From positions 67,828,001-67,892,000 of the forward strand of contig OZ360236.1 in assembly GCA_977017645.1 (NCBI GenBank): a DNA stretch of 64,000 nucleotides. Direction: 5' to 3'. Shown piece after piece: positions 38,354 to 51,710 of this stretch (positions within the stretch are counted from its first letter, which is position 1; every line of letters begins with the position of its first letter). The translations under genes and the position numbers were made by a program. Origin of the DNA: Torpedo marmorata (taxonomy: Eukaryota). The notes beneath the pieces are model-generated. The model saw only the letters and a program-made list of their open reading frames with translations. It ran no database searches and was not told the origin of the DNA.

Positions 38354-40033
38354 TGCTAAATTATGTTTGACTGAATATTTATGTTTAGCAGTATTTAAAA
38401 GAAAAGATGTGTGAACAGACAGTACTGTACTCCCAGTTTAGGGAAACAATTTTCCTGAATCTACCATGTCAAGATCAATAAGAAGTTTGAACACTTTGTT
38501 GAGATCACCTCTCATTCTTCCAAACACAAGAATATATCGTCCCAGTCTGCTTAAATTAGGCAGAGGATCAATTAGTTAAAACTGAAACAAGCATAAGTCA
38601 TACTAAATACAGCATTTAGCAGAAAGTAAAATTTTATCAGGAATCTACGTTAGCTTGTGATTTCTGAGTAAAGTAACAATTGTTTGAAATGTTTAACAGG
38701 GTGTGGATATTTTTGTATATAAATGAAGATTGATTATATACCTAACAAAACCCACATCTCAGGAATCAATTTAGAAAAAAAATAGGCCAATCTTACTCTT
38801 CAGTTAACATTTCTGAGGCAGCTTTTTAACAGATTGGACAGTTGATGATTGGCCCAAACTTAACAGTGACCATTTCATCTCTACAATAATGTGGGATCAG
38901 AAGCGAGTGGGGGCAGGGTAGCGAGATCAGTGAAAGCTTTGGAAGAGCATTAAAATAAATCGAAATGTCCCGTTATCAAATGAATAGTGATTCAGGAAAC
39001 AGGCCTTCCATGAGCTGAACCAACAACAGACATTCACAATCTTCTGGTGAAACCATGGCCTTTATTTTGCTAAGCAGAGCCTTGGAATTGGTCTGAAACA
39101 AATCATTGGCAGTTCAGACACTTTAGAACAAGATAAATACCCAGATTCTAACAATCTACCATTAGATAAGCAAATAATTAAAATATTTTGGCTTTACTTC
39201 ATATTTGAGGATTGAACATTGGATGGGAATCCCATTGACTATGCAGTTCTGTTTTGAACCAATCTATTGTTCATTTAAAGAATCAGTGTGCTTCATTTCT
39301 CCTACTTCTCATGGATAATGTATAGCTCAATCATACAAACCCAGTACAAGTCAAATGAGAAACCATATCAAAGTGGTTTAAGGAGATTTGAAATATTTAA
39401 GAACACTGAGTGCTAATTAGACTGTCAATAATACTAGGCATACAGGACATAGAAATATTTTTAATAGAACAGCTTCATTCTGAATGGAGTGGGCAAAATG
39501 ATGAATTCTAAAGAATTTTAAATCACACCCTCTCACACAGGGCTGTTAGAATGGGTTTAGCAACTTAAACATCTGAACAGCAGTAGTTGGATTAATTTTT
39601 TTTACCCGCTTGATACTTCAGGAGCATTTTACATTCTCACTGTCAACTGCTTTGATTTTTGGTTTTTTTTTGGAGTGAGAATGAGATATGTTTCAATTAT
39701 ATTTCAGTTGATCAAATACATTAGAACTTTCACATTAGACAGTGGAAGATGGAAACACAAAAAAGCAAGCAGGAAACAAAGAAACTTGCCATTTAATTTT
39801 GAACCAAGTTCGATGTATCAGCAGGCAAGGAAAGAGACATATGGGACTAGTGCAATCTGGTATTGCTTTCATTGCGATTGCCATTTTATCTTCCTCTTTA
39901 ATACAGTGGCATTTATAAAACATACCTTCACTGATTAAAGAGTACTTTCACTGACAAGTCAAATAAAATTTCTGGATGTTTGGCCATCATATATTGTGTT
40001 GCTACAGAAATCATGACAACAAGGGAAGAATAA

Positions 40034-40505
40034 TTCAGAGATGCAGAGTTGTATCCCATTGGAAAAAATAACGTACAATATGAGGAATAAATATGGATTC
40101 TTTTTACAAATTTGGCGTCCATTTATCCAATTATTAGGAATGAATATTTAAATATGTTGCCCTACATCCCAGACCCTGCTGACTCTCTTAAGTTTAAATT
40201 TGAAGAATGAACATTGTTGAATTTCTTGCACCAAGCCATGGATCTGTACAGATATATTTTCACTTTTTCTTTTCCTTTCTCTTTTCTTTTTTAGTTCTAG
40301 TATGGGGAGGGGATAAGGGATGGGAAGGGTGGAGGGTGGGTTGTTTTAGTAAGGGTGGATTTAGATGGGGTTAGATTCATGGTAATACGAAATTCCTATG
40401 TATCGAACTTAACCAATGTTTACTATGTATTTTATGTTATTTTGTATTATTGTGAAAAAATTTGAAAAATTTAAAATAAAATATTTAAAAAAAAACACCA
40501 AAAAA
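40034..40505 (+). mobile_element. Short 5'-truncated L1
   Basis: CIPLEKITYNMRNKY...IW C-terminus, G-rich UTR, A tail; 16-bp TSD AACAAGGGAAGAATAA (40018-40033 / 40506-40521). Confidence 0.9.
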
Positions 40506-40734
40506 AACAAGGGAAGAATAAGCGTCAATTCTGTTGAGGAATAGATTGAGCAGGAATATAAAATTATATTCACTTTTTGTGTTGCATACGGGACATGGTT
40601 AACCCACTGAAGTGGATGTTAAGGCTTTGATGCACTATACCTGACGATGACCTGACCTGGTGACAACCAGAGTACATTTTGTTGGAGATAAACTTTGGAA
40701 TCTTGATGGAAAGCCTATTTATTCACTCATTCAC

Positions 40735-41290
40735 CATGTTTTGGACATTGGTGAGGCCAAAATTGGAGTATTGTGTGCAGTTTTGGTCACCTAACTACAG
40801 GAAAGAGATTGTGAACAGAAGATTTACAAGGATGTTGCTGGGACTTGAGGAACTTAGTTACAGCGAAAGGTTAAACAGGTTAGGACTTTATTCCCTGGAG
40901 TGTAGAAGAGTGAGGGGAGATTTGATAGAGGCATACAAAATTATGAGGGGTAAAAATAGAATAAATGCAAGCAGGCTTTTTCTACTGAGGTTAGGTGAGG
41001 CAAGAAGTAGAGGACATGGTTTAAGGTTGAAAGGTGAGATGTTTAGTGGGAATATTAAGGGAACCTTTTCACGCAGAGGGTGGTAAGAATGTCGAAGGAG
41101 CTGCCAGCTGAAATGGTGAATGCAGGCTCGATTTTGACAAGAAAAATTTGGATAGTTACATGGATGGGAGGGGTATGGAGGGCTATGGTCTGGGTGCAGG
41201 TCAATGGGACTAGGCAGAATAATAGTTTGGCACAGATTAAATGGGCCAAATGGCCTTTTTCTGTGCTTTAGTGTTCTATGGTTCTATGGC
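40735..41290 (+). mobile_element. CR1 LINE 3' fragment
   Basis: LVRPKLEYCVQFWSP...LSYSERLNRLGLYSLE...RGHGLRL; tail (GTTCTATG)n. Confidence 0.88.
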
Positions 41291-41439
41291 TCACTAAAAA
41301 AAGCAAACAGCTGAAGGAACTCTGAGGGTCAACAAGTAAAGGCCCTGGAATTACTATCCAAAGTGCCGCTGGCTTCGGGCTGTCATGAAGAGGTGCAGTG
41401 CGGAAACAGGCCAGCACCACCCACTGACACTCATCCGTC

Positions 41440-41698
41440 AATGATACTGGTTTTGTTCTCCCCACATTCTCAACAACCTCGCTGCCACCCATCCAACTCT
41501 ACCTCTCACCAACACATTCAATTTACAGTGGCCAATTAATCTGCCAACTTGCAAGTCTCTGGGAAATGGGAGGAAATGGGAACACCCAGAGGAAAGTTTT
41601 ATGTGTTCCTCTGGAGAACGTGCCAACTTCACACAGACAGCCCCTCAGGTCAGGATTGAACCCAGGTCTCTGGCACACTTAGCTACACCACCATGCCA
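41440..41698 (-). mobile_element. Degraded V-SINE
   Basis: GGATTGAACCCAGG (B box, reverse) and GGGAGGAAA...ACCCAGAGGAAA (V core, reverse). Confidence 0.65.
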
Positions 41699-42339
41699 CT
41701 TATGTGAATCCTTTTAATGAGGATCTTTCTGTGGCCACCTGCAATTAGTTCCTTCATGTTAGTCTTGAGTGGTCTGCCCAATTCTCTCCTTCTCTCCATC
41801 TCATCCACATGCAGAGGAGGCTTTCCCTCCAAAACCTCTGCTTTTGTTTCTCTCTCTGAGCTACCAGCAGCAAACAACACCTGCAGCAGGGCTGTGGCTT
41901 GGTGCAGGATGTCCTTAAATGGCTAAAACCCTGCCGTGAATGAACAATGATTATCAGGATCTGTGAAGATTTCCACTTAAGGGATGTGGTGTATACTGCA
42001 AATGTTCCTGCAGTTTTGCAAGGATCATGATAACAAAAAACACCATTGGTTAATCATACAGTGCAGGATTAGTGCTTCTGCTGAGGAGCAATCCAATTTC
42101 TGGGAATGTTAGTATCATTTTATTAGGGGTGCATGTGTAGCAATGTAGAAAATTTTCAGAAAATTGGCCTGAAGATATGGCCATCTACGAAACAAAATCA
42201 ATTTTACATAAATTTGAGTGAAGTCATTTTGAACAACTAAAAAGAAAATGAGTGGTTTAAACTGGTGAGCATATTACTTGTTCCAGCAGCTGTAGAACAT
42301 GGAGGTTATTAAATGTGAAGTATCTGCAGTGAATACTAG

Positions 42340-43175
42340 TGGCTGGTTTAAGATGGCAGTGCTGCCGGAGCCACTGTAACGGCAGCGCTGCCGCTGGTGT
42401 GGACCCTTGAGGAGCGAGGTTCGGAGATACAGCGCTCCCGCGGGGTCCAACCGCCCAGTCAACTGCCGTCAGCTCCGCATGGGCTTTGAACGGCCCATTA
42501 AAGGAGCCGACGGTAGTTTTATTTAAAATCCCGCGACCACGGGGTCTGCGCCCAAGATGGCAGCGCCTCTGATCGGCAGCAGCCACGAGGGGTTGCAGAC
42601 TCCAGGGGAGCGGAGGACTGGCGCAGGGCACCATAAAACTGGGAGACCATCCCCCGTCTGAGAAAGAGAAACAGAGGAGACGACCCACAGGACTGTGACG
42701 GACCAGTGAAGGGTTCTGCGGCTGAAAGACCAATGCATGCGGCAGGCTGCTGGTGACTCGAGGCGAGGAACCCGCGGAGGCTGTGGGCTGCTGGAGACTG
42801 CTGTCGGGAGACTCAAACCGGGCTGCGGACTGCTGGAGACTGGCTCGAACTGGCTGAAGGGGTACCAGGTATCGGAACCGGGATGCGAGGGGGTGCCGAA
42901 GGCGCTGAAGGGTTCCTGACCGTGTCGGAGGTTCGGATCTGGAGCTCGGGTTGCCAATGGTTTGGACTGGTCTCTGTGTGACTGCGGAGGCGAATCTACG
43001 GACACTGGGTGACTCTGGGGGAACTCTCTTTTGATTCTCTTTCTCTGACTGTAAGAGGCGCTTCAGGCAATTTCTGCCGATGGCAAATCTATCTGTCTTA
43101 CAGCAGGCAAAAGCAATTTTGTGTCATATGACACTGTTTTATTTCATGACAATAAATTGAATCTTGAATCTTGAA
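42340..43175 (+). mobile_element. GC-rich non-autonomous retroelement with a Rex1-type 3' tail
   Basis: Starts near AAGATGGC, non-coding CpG-rich body, ends ATGACAATAAA(TTGAATC)n; second partial copy at 49250-49560. Confidence 0.7.
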
Positions 43176-44489
43176 CCCATAATAACTCAAGTGGCAAAAT
43201 AACTCTTCTGCAGCAGCTGTGAGGAACCTGCAGTCAGCTAAATAATAAAAAGAAACTGATGAGAGAAAGGCAAAAACTGATCTATTTTTTGCCATGGTAT
43301 TAAATTATGGAGGTCTTAGCTTCATGGATATTTGTCAGGTTTTAGGGAGCTTGTCTGACTTTGGTCTGTTTAGTTTCAAAATATACATTGGCTTGTTATG
43401 GTATTAATTGGCTAAAGTGAAGGTCTCCTTTTTTTAGTGAACAAACAGTTTTTTGTTTGTCTAGTGTGTCTGGTCTGTTCTTAGCAACATCAGCAGGCCT
43501 CTGAGTCCTATTTGGTCTAATATTGTCTTGCAGCTCTCACCTCTGCTCTAACCTCTATCAGGTAATAGTGGTGGTTTGTGATCAATGTTATGTTAGTTAA
43601 GCTGCCAATAACAAGCCATGGTAGATAAATTGTGAAGGCACAACCTTTCAACCAGAGGTTCAAATATTTTGTGTAAAAGGGAAGACAGAACTTCTCAATA
43701 ATTAGATTTGCCAGCATCTGATGGAGAAAAGTAAATAAAATAGTTAAAAAAGAAATGAGATTTATTATGTACCTACACTTCAGAAAAAAACATCTCAATG
43801 GGATTTCAAGGCCAGTGGTACTGTGTAGGTTATTGAATTAGAAGCATTGTTGGTCCTTCACTGATTCTTCTACACTGTGGTTCCTCTACAATATTTATTA
43901 CACATGCGATATTTCACTGCAATGAGAGACTGTGACTGCTCGTCATTAACACCACTTGGAACAGGCAGGTGGAAAAAGTAATAGCAGCTCTGGACAATGG
44001 AAAGCATCTGGGCTTTAACCTTTCCACAATGCATCAGAACACTAGAGTGTTTTTCTTGGATGCAGAATGAATAGGAACTGAGGGCTACATGCAGTTTCCT
44101 TTCAGGGAGCTGACAGAGTAGACCAATATTGATTTGTGGGGTGACAATAGAAGAATGTCAATGTTACGGCGGCGAGACACTTGAATCTTGCAATCGCGAC
44201 TGAATGTTCCTTAAATACAAGTGTTTGCTGCTTCTTAGCTTCTCTAAAACCACTGCTGCTGAGGTTTGCCTCCAAGTCAAGAGAGGAGCACAACTGAACC
44301 AGCCAGCATAAGCAAAGTCACAGAGCAGGACAACCTGTTTTGGAGGGGAAGGAGTACGAGAAGGGGGAGCAAAGCTTCCAGGAAGGAGGAGCAAAGCTTC
44401 CAGGATGCAGCTCTATCCATCAGGAGCTTCAGCCAGGAATAATTCACAAGACATGAGTGCTCCAGAGAGGACATTCTCACTGAAATATC

Positions 44490-44750
44490 CAAGGTGTGCA
44501 ACAGCTATTGCAAAGCCATGGGACAATCCCTTCACCAGACACTATCAAGGTCACAGTAAACATGAACTTGCATGTATTGGCCTCATTCCATACCAAAGCT
44601 GGAGATAATCTGCAGCGTGTTCCAGTTTGCAGTACATTATTGCATAAGAGAGGGCACAGGTGTTCATTATTGCATGAGCACACTTTACCTATTTTTCATT
44701 CTCACCAGAAAACAGCATTGCATGGCACTGTTGACGGCAGGAGGTGTGGA
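44490..44750 (+). pseudogene. PIF/Harbinger (HARBI1-like) transposase remnant
   Basis: IKVTVNMNLHVLASFHTKAGD followed, after a frameshift, by ICSVFQFAVHYCIREGT; resembles the Harbinger HTH region. Confidence 0.5.
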
Positions 44751-44817
44751 GCACTTATTAACTTGCAGAGAAAAGGGTTCTGTTCCCTCAGTATCCAGTT
44801 AGTACATGACCGTACAC

Positions 44818-45200
44818 CAGGGGTGGCCAAACTATGGCCCATGGGCCAACTGCAGCCCGATGCCCATTTTTAAGTGGCCCAGGGTGAATTTTAAAAATAA
44901 AATAGAATATGGCCCATTAGAACATAGTCTCTAACAATAAATTGCACTGTATGTATATTGAACTTCTTAGTTTCAACACGAGATGTCACTGCCATTTTGA
45001 ACAACTACCAGACCAGCTGTTGGAATGTTACTCATCAATGATAACGTTTACCTCAGTTTAAAAAAAACATTTACCTCAGTTGATTAAACATGGCGGAACC
45101 TAAAAGACGCAAAATAGCAAGGGAGTGCCGAAAATTTCAGACACGGTGGGAATGTGAATACTTTTTCACAGACGTCAAGGGGAAATGTGTTGGTTTGATT
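44818..45200 (+). mobile_element. hAT-Charlie-type transposon 5' end with the transposase start
   Basis: TIR CAGGGGTGGCCAAAC; ATG at 45090 gives MAEPKRRKIARECRKFQTRWECEYFFTDVKGKCVGLI, a GTF2IRD2/Charlie-like N-terminus. Confidence 0.75.
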
Positions 45201-45424
45201 TAATAGCCTATCTTTAATAGCCTATCTTTATATTTACACATTGCATCATAATCATTAAGGTGGACACTTGGGCAATGAACTGTATTCACTGAGAGTTGTG
45301 GAGGAATGTTGGAGACTGCCTTGACCCTTTCTTGATCTTTTCTCCAGTTCTTATTTTGCACCCAGCCTTTTATTTTGCACTGCTTTTTGAATGAGAGCTT
45401 TAAAGAGTTTTATTGTATTCATTT

Positions 45425-46460
45425 AAATTAAATTTTCTTTTAAATCTCTTTATTAATTCCATAAAATCATGGATATAACAGTTCATTCACTATATACGTT
45501 CACAGAAAAAAAAGCAAAGAAAAGCATTATCACATGTTCCATTAATCCATCCATAACAGAGTATACATTACAGATATATATCAATTTTTTTTTTCTTTAC
45601 AATTTAGTATTATAATACCAATAGGTATAAAAAGAGCCAAGCCACAAAAAAAATATATAGTAATTTCATCATAATACATTTTTTTATAAAAGCTAAAGCA
45701 ATTTAAACCAGCCTACCACCTACCCCCACCCCAGAATTGCACTGACCTGTAGAAATAATATAACTTCAAATCATGAGGAATCATAAACTCTGATAATAGT
45801 CGATAAAGGAACCCCAAATATTAGTAAATTTTAGGTTTAATTTAATATTTGAACATCTAATCTTTTCTAATGTTAAATAGGACATTAAACTTGATAGCCA
45901 ATCCTCATAGATAGGAGGATTACCATCCTTCCATTTTAGCAAGATCTGTCGCCTTGCAACCAGAGAAGAAAAAGCAATCACATGTTTTTGATTATTAGTA
46001 AGATCATGATTACTAGGATCATTTATACTAAATATTACTATAAATGGATTTGGATCTAATTGAGTAGTTAAAACCAAAGAAAGAGTACATAAAATTTGTT
46101 CCGAAATCTAACTAACTTAGGGCACAACCAAAACATGTGAAATAATGTACCTACATGAACTTTACATCTATCACACTGATAGGCCTATCAATGATTCTCG
46201 AGAGACAGTGAGTAGAACACGAACAGTAGGCTTTTATTAACTATAAAAGGAAGCTACAGTTGACCTGCTGATCTATCCCGGACTGAGGGCGGAGCAGTGG
46301 CACAAGGGACTTTATTCGGGGGAGGAAGGGGGAGGAGCTACCGGGACAGCCAGGAAGGGGGAGGAGCCACTGGGACAGACAGCAGTACATGCCCATACTT
46401 ATCCCCAGCCCACAATACATGTAACAGTGGTTTACCACACACACATAGATGATATATTAA
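45425..46460 (-). mobile_element. 5'-truncated L1 (L1-C-related) carrying a solo LTR
   Basis: ARRQILLKWK...LEKIRC C-terminus; nearly identical to 60385-60975. Confidence 0.85.
46177..46439 (-). mobile_element. Solo LTR (263 bp)
   Basis: Reverse-strand TGTGGTAAACCAC...TGATAGGCCTATCA; TSD CACAC; the empty site is visible in the paralogous L1 at about 60950. Confidence 0.92.
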
Positions 46461-46827
46461 ATTTAACAGCAGCAGATACAGAAATGCCTCCTGTAATATG
46501 TGAGCACATCAATAAACTACTGTAGTGTCAACTGTACTGTAACTGCTTGGTGCAAATCCTTTTGGTGATGAAATACATCAAAGTTTGAATTGCTGCAAGA
46601 TATCTCCAAGAATCTTCAAGAGTCACCCTCACTATTCTGAATAAGAATCTCAACGCTCCGTGCATGACATTCAGTTAAAACCTCTGCCAATAGTTTCATT
46701 TGACGGAACAAGTTGTGTGCGGAGCAAAACATTGATGAAACTAATTGAGCTTAATCTGTGGATAAATTATCAATTGTGCTATCACATTGTTTCTTAATTA
46801 AGTTTTTGCTTTTTAAGTAATTGGATT

Positions 46828-49248
46828 TTTTTAATTTTTAAAATATTTTATTAAAAATTTTAAATCACAGAATACATAATATAAAATGCAAAATTATCAA
46901 AATACATGTGATACATTTTCACCCCCCCTCCCTCCCCTCCCTAACCCTCCCGAAAAGAAAGAAAGAAAGAAAAATAGAAAAAAAAATAGAGTAAGGAGAA
47001 TGTCAAACTAAAAAAGAACAACTAAATAATCTGAATTTATTGTGGAAGATAGGTTCGCCAGTCAGATCTGATATCCAGAGATCTTCAAATCTTTAAACCA
47101 ACAGTTTTTATATATGGGCTCCATATTTTCAAAAAGAAATGATTTTTATTACGTAAATTATAAGTAATTTTTTCAAGTGGTATGGCTGAACGAAGTTCTG
47201 CATGCCATCTTTCTAACCCTAAATCTACATCAGATTTCCAAGTAATAGCAATGCATTTCTTAGAAACAGCTAAAGCAATTCGCAAAAATTCTATTTGATA
47301 CATATTTAATTTCATCTTAATACTAATTCTTTTAATATCTCCAAACAAAAATATCATAGGGTCCATTAGAAGTGTAATACTTAATACTTTATCTAAATTT
47401 TTTTAAACTTTCAACCAAAAATCATATATCTTTGGGCAGAACCATGTAGAATGTACAAAAGAACCTTCCTCTCTATCACATCTAAAACATAAACCAGATA
47501 ATGTCGGATTAAATTTCTTTAATTTTTTAGGTGTTAAATATAATTGATGAAAAAAATTATATTTCACTAATCTATATCTAACGTTAATAATCTTCATCAT
47601 ACTTAGTTTGCATAATTCTTTCCAATGTTCTTCATCTATTGTTACATTCAAATCTGATTCACATTTTAATCTTGATTTATGAATTCCTAATTTCAGCATT
47701 TTTCTCTGTAACAATCTATACATTTGAGAAATAAATTTATTTACACCTCCATTAGTAACTAATAATTCCAGTTCACTTTTTCTTGGTAAAGTCAAACTGT
47801 AACCCAGCTTTTCAACTAAAAATGCTCTGATTTGATAATAAGCAAAAAGTGTATTGTTTAATACATTAAACTTCTCTTTCATTCTTTGAAAAGTAATAAA
47901 TTTACTAGCTTCAAAACAATCATTTACTTTCTTAATTCCCTTTTGGAACCAAATCTTAAATAATTGATTTTGAACAGTAAATGGAATAAGTTTATTTTGA
48001 TATAAAGGCATATTTTGAGAAATTAACCCTTTCCCTCCTATCTCCCTATCCACTCTATTCCATATTTCTAACAAATGTTTAAAAATAGGAGAATTTTTGC
48101 CTCTTATTAATAATAATTTAGAATTCCATTTATAAATAACTTCTTATTTCAAATCTTCTCCTATATTATTTAATTCTATTCTAATCCAAGCAGAAGATTT
48201 TCCTAAATCAAACATTTCATTAACAAATTTTAATTGAGCTGCTTTATAATAATTTTGAAAATTAGGAAGTTGTAAACCACCCATTTCATAATTACAAGTT
48301 AATTTCTCCATACCTACTCTCGCCAACTTTCCTTTCCACAAAAGCTTCTTAATAATTAAATTTAAATCTTTAAAGAATTTCGAAGGAATTTCATAAGGAA
48401 TTGATTGAAAAAGATATTGAATTCTTGGAAAAACATTAATTTTAATACAATTTACCCTTCCTATTAAAGTTATAGGTAAATCCTTCCAACTTTCTAAATC
48501 TTTTTTAATTTTCATAAATAATGGTAAATAATTTAATTTATATAAATTAGCTAATTTTGTATCAATCTTTATTCCCAAATATTTAATTCCTTCCTTTGAC
48601 CATTTAAATTGTGTAATTTCTTTACATTTACTGTAATCCCCTTGTGTCAAAGCCATAATTTCACTTTTATCAGAATTAATTTTATAACCAGATATTTCCC
48701 CGTATTCTTTCAATAAAACATTCAATTGTATTAAAGAAGTAATAGATTTTGTCATATAAATCAATACATCATTTGCAAATAAACTAATTTTATGCTCTTT
48801 TCTTCCAACTTTAATACCTGCAATCTTAATATCTTGTCTAATTAATTCTGCTGAAGGTTCTATTGCTAAAATAAACAATGCTGGCGACAAAGGACATCCT
48901 TGTCTAGTTGACCTCGTCAAAGAAAACTTTGAAGAAATTTGTCCATTTGTCACCACTCTAGCGGAAGGTTCTTTATATATAGTTTTAATCCGATTAATAA
49001 AAGTAGTTCCAAAACCAAATTTCCCCAATACTTTAAATAAATAATTCCACTCTAATCTATCAAAAGCCTTTTCAGCATCTAATGTTAATACTAGTGCTAA
49101 TTCCTCTTTCTTTTGTGCCACATTTATTAAACTAATTAATCTAGCTATATTATCTTTTGAATATCTATTCTTAAAAAAGCCAGCTTGATCTACATGGATT
49201 AAATAAGGTAAATATTTAGCCACTCTATTTGCTAAAATTTTTGCCATT
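46828..49248 (-). mobile_element. 5'-truncated L1 of the L1-A subfamily
   Basis: RT to C-terminus almost identical to 5813-7980; same 3' UTR. Confidence 0.92.
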
Positions 49249-49249
49249 A

Positions 49250-49560
49250 CCGTTGGTTCCGCACGGGCTTTGAACGGCCCGTTGAGGGAGCCGACGGTGG
49301 TTTTATTTAAGATCCTGCGACCGTGGGGTCTGCACGCAAGATGGCAGCGCCTTTTAACCGGCTGCAGCCACGAGGGGCTGCAGACTCCGGGGAAGCGGAG
49401 GAGTGGAGCAGGGCACCAGAGGACGGGAAGATCACCCCCCGTCTGAGAAGGAGAAGCGGAGGAGACGACCCACAGGAAGGAGACCACGGTGGCGGACCAG
49501 TGAGGGGCTCTGAGGCTGAAGGAACAGTGCATGCGGCGGGCTGCTGGTGACATGAGGCAC
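49250..49560 (+). mobile_element. Partial copy of the GC-rich element at 42340-43175
   Basis: GGGCTTTGAACGGCCC...GGAGCCGACGG...AAGATGGCAGCGCC shared. Confidence 0.8.
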
Positions 49561-49564
49561 CCAG

Positions 49565-50150
49565 GCAGAGTAAGAAACTTTGTTTTGCATTCTATCCAGG
49601 CAAGTCAACTCATGCCACAGGTAGTGGAACAATAACAAATAAATAAGGAGCAGTGCAGGGAGTAGTGTACAATAAGTCAAATAGTGAAGGGTGTGAGAAA
49701 GGTACAGTTAAAAACAAAACTGTGCAAGGGCATCATTTTTTGCTAGGGTGAGATCCATTTAAGAGTCTGATAACAGCAGGAAATAAACTGTCCTTGAATC
49801 TGGAGGTTTGTGTTTTCAAGCACATGTATCTTTTGTCCGATGGAGGTGGAAGGAAGAGAGTGTGACCAGGGTGGGTTGGGTCCTTTAATCTGTGAGCAGC
49901 TTTCCTGGATCAGCAGGAGGTGTAGATGGAGTCAATGGAGAAGAGGGGAGGGGAGGTTGCTTTGTGTGATGGCCTGATCTGCATGTACAACTCTCTGTAC
50001 TTTCTTCTGTCTTGGGCAATGCAGTTCCTGTACCAAGCTGTGATCACCCAGACACGATACCTCCTATGGTGCAACTTTAAAAGTTGGTAAGAGACCTTGG
50101 GGACATGCTGAATTTCCTCAGGTTTCTGAGAAAGAAGAGTCTTGCATGAA
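49565..50150 (-). mobile_element. Degraded Rex1/Babar 3' fragment
   Basis: ITAWYRNCIAQDRRK; reverse-strand match to the other Rex1 pieces. Confidence 0.65.
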
Positions 50151-50239
50151 CTTCCTTGTTTGTAACACTCTTGCATGGTTCTAACTCCAGCTTTGCAAAC
50201 AGAGTTTAATAAATTGGGAAACATTCCTATGTTTGCTGG

Positions 50240-50720
50240 AGACACGCAGGAGACTGCAGATGTTGAAATTTGTAGCTGAACATGATCTGCAGGAGGAACC
50301 TAGCAGTGTAAGTAGCATGAGTGGGAGAGAAAGAATGACCGATGATTTGGCCAAAATGCCTCATCAAAACTTGATGAAGGGTTTTGGCCAAATCATCAAT
50401 CATTCTTTTTCTCCCACTGATGCTGCTTGAACCAATCAGTTTGTCCAGCAGATTGTGTTTAGATTCTGATCTTAAGCTTTAAATACTTACTAAGGTTTAA
50501 ATATAGGAATTTCTGTAAACACTCAGCAGGCCAGGCAGCATCTGTCGAGAGAGAAACCGAGATAACACTTCAGTTTGAAGATGCTTCATCAGAGCTAACA
50601 AAGAGCCTCTGACTTGAGACGTTGACTCTGTTTCCATTTCCACAGACTCTGGCTAACCTGCTGAGTGTTTTCAGCATTTCCTATTCTCGTTTCAAATTTC
50701 CACTGCCTGCAGATTTTTTA
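50240..50720. repeat. Two adjacent palindromic Penelope-like repeats
   Basis: ACTCAGCAGGCCAGGCAGCATCTGT...AGAAAC versus GTTTCC...CACAGA...CCTGCTGAGT; similar older pair at 50240-50460. Confidence 0.6.
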
Positions 50721-51540
50721 CATATTCATTGAATAAACTTTACTGTGAGTTATTGATTTCTACTTGTATTTCGATTTATTAGTCGATTCAGTTAACTCTT
50801 TTTTTTAGCTTAATATGAATTGGGGCAGCAATTTTATGAATGATTCTTGATTCTAATTGCTAGTGTCAGAGATAAATCCCTTGAATTAAATCCAGTAAAA
50901 ATCTCATATTCTGGTCAGAATTTCTTTTGCAAGTTTATAGCTTCCAATTTATATTGTCCAATTTGTCAGCCTGCTCTTGAGTTAAGAACAAAATAGAATC
51001 TTCTACCAAAGAAGACGTCATCTAAATTTTATTCATTGTTATTTGATTGTGCTTCTCTGATTTCTGTACAGATGTTTCCTGAGCTAATGAACTATATATG
51101 CATGTTGCTGCTATTTTTAGATAAATAGAGTAATGAATGAGTGAGCAAATGAAGATTTGTGTGTTAGATGTTGCAAGCTTAAAAATACACTGATGCAGTG
51201 CAAAGTATCACGGAGGATTTTCAGCATACCATTTCACTCAACCAGTTTGTGCTTCATATTATTCATTTCCTCCCATGAAACATCTTATCCTAAAAACAAC
51301 CCCTCTCCTTATCTTCCCCTTAATTGGATCAATGCCATTCAACAAAATGCTTTTGGTGTTTATGTTCCTGCCATCCCTAAAACTGAAAAGAAATTCGAAC
51401 AGGAAATATTAGGAAATTTCAGTCAGGTCAGGCAGCATCTTTGGAGAGAAAAAAATGCGACTCAACTCAGCATTTGCAACATTACACTTTTTTTTCAGGT
51501 TTCCCAGAAAAGTTTGTATTTGATAAGACACACCAGCGTG

Positions 51541-51710
51541 CAGGGGTGGGCAATCTTTTAATTTTTAATTTAGACATACAGCACGGTAACACGCCATTTC
51601 AGCCCAAGAGTCCGTGCCACCCAATTAACCTACACCCCCGGTACGTACTCATGGGCTGAAATGGCCTGTTGCTGTGCTGTATGTCTAAATTAAAAGTTTG
51701 CCCACACCTA
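51541..51710. mobile_element. Second copy of the SINE-armed hAT MITE
   Basis: Same structure as 38178-38353; CAGGGGTGGGCAA terminus; no TSD visible. Confidence 0.85.

Noticed and set aside
48144-49553. 469-aa ORF as a novel fusion protein
   Set aside because: The N-terminal ~100 aa is antisense read-through of the GC-rich repeat abutting a truncated L1 ORF2, and the RT motif is damaged (FAND).
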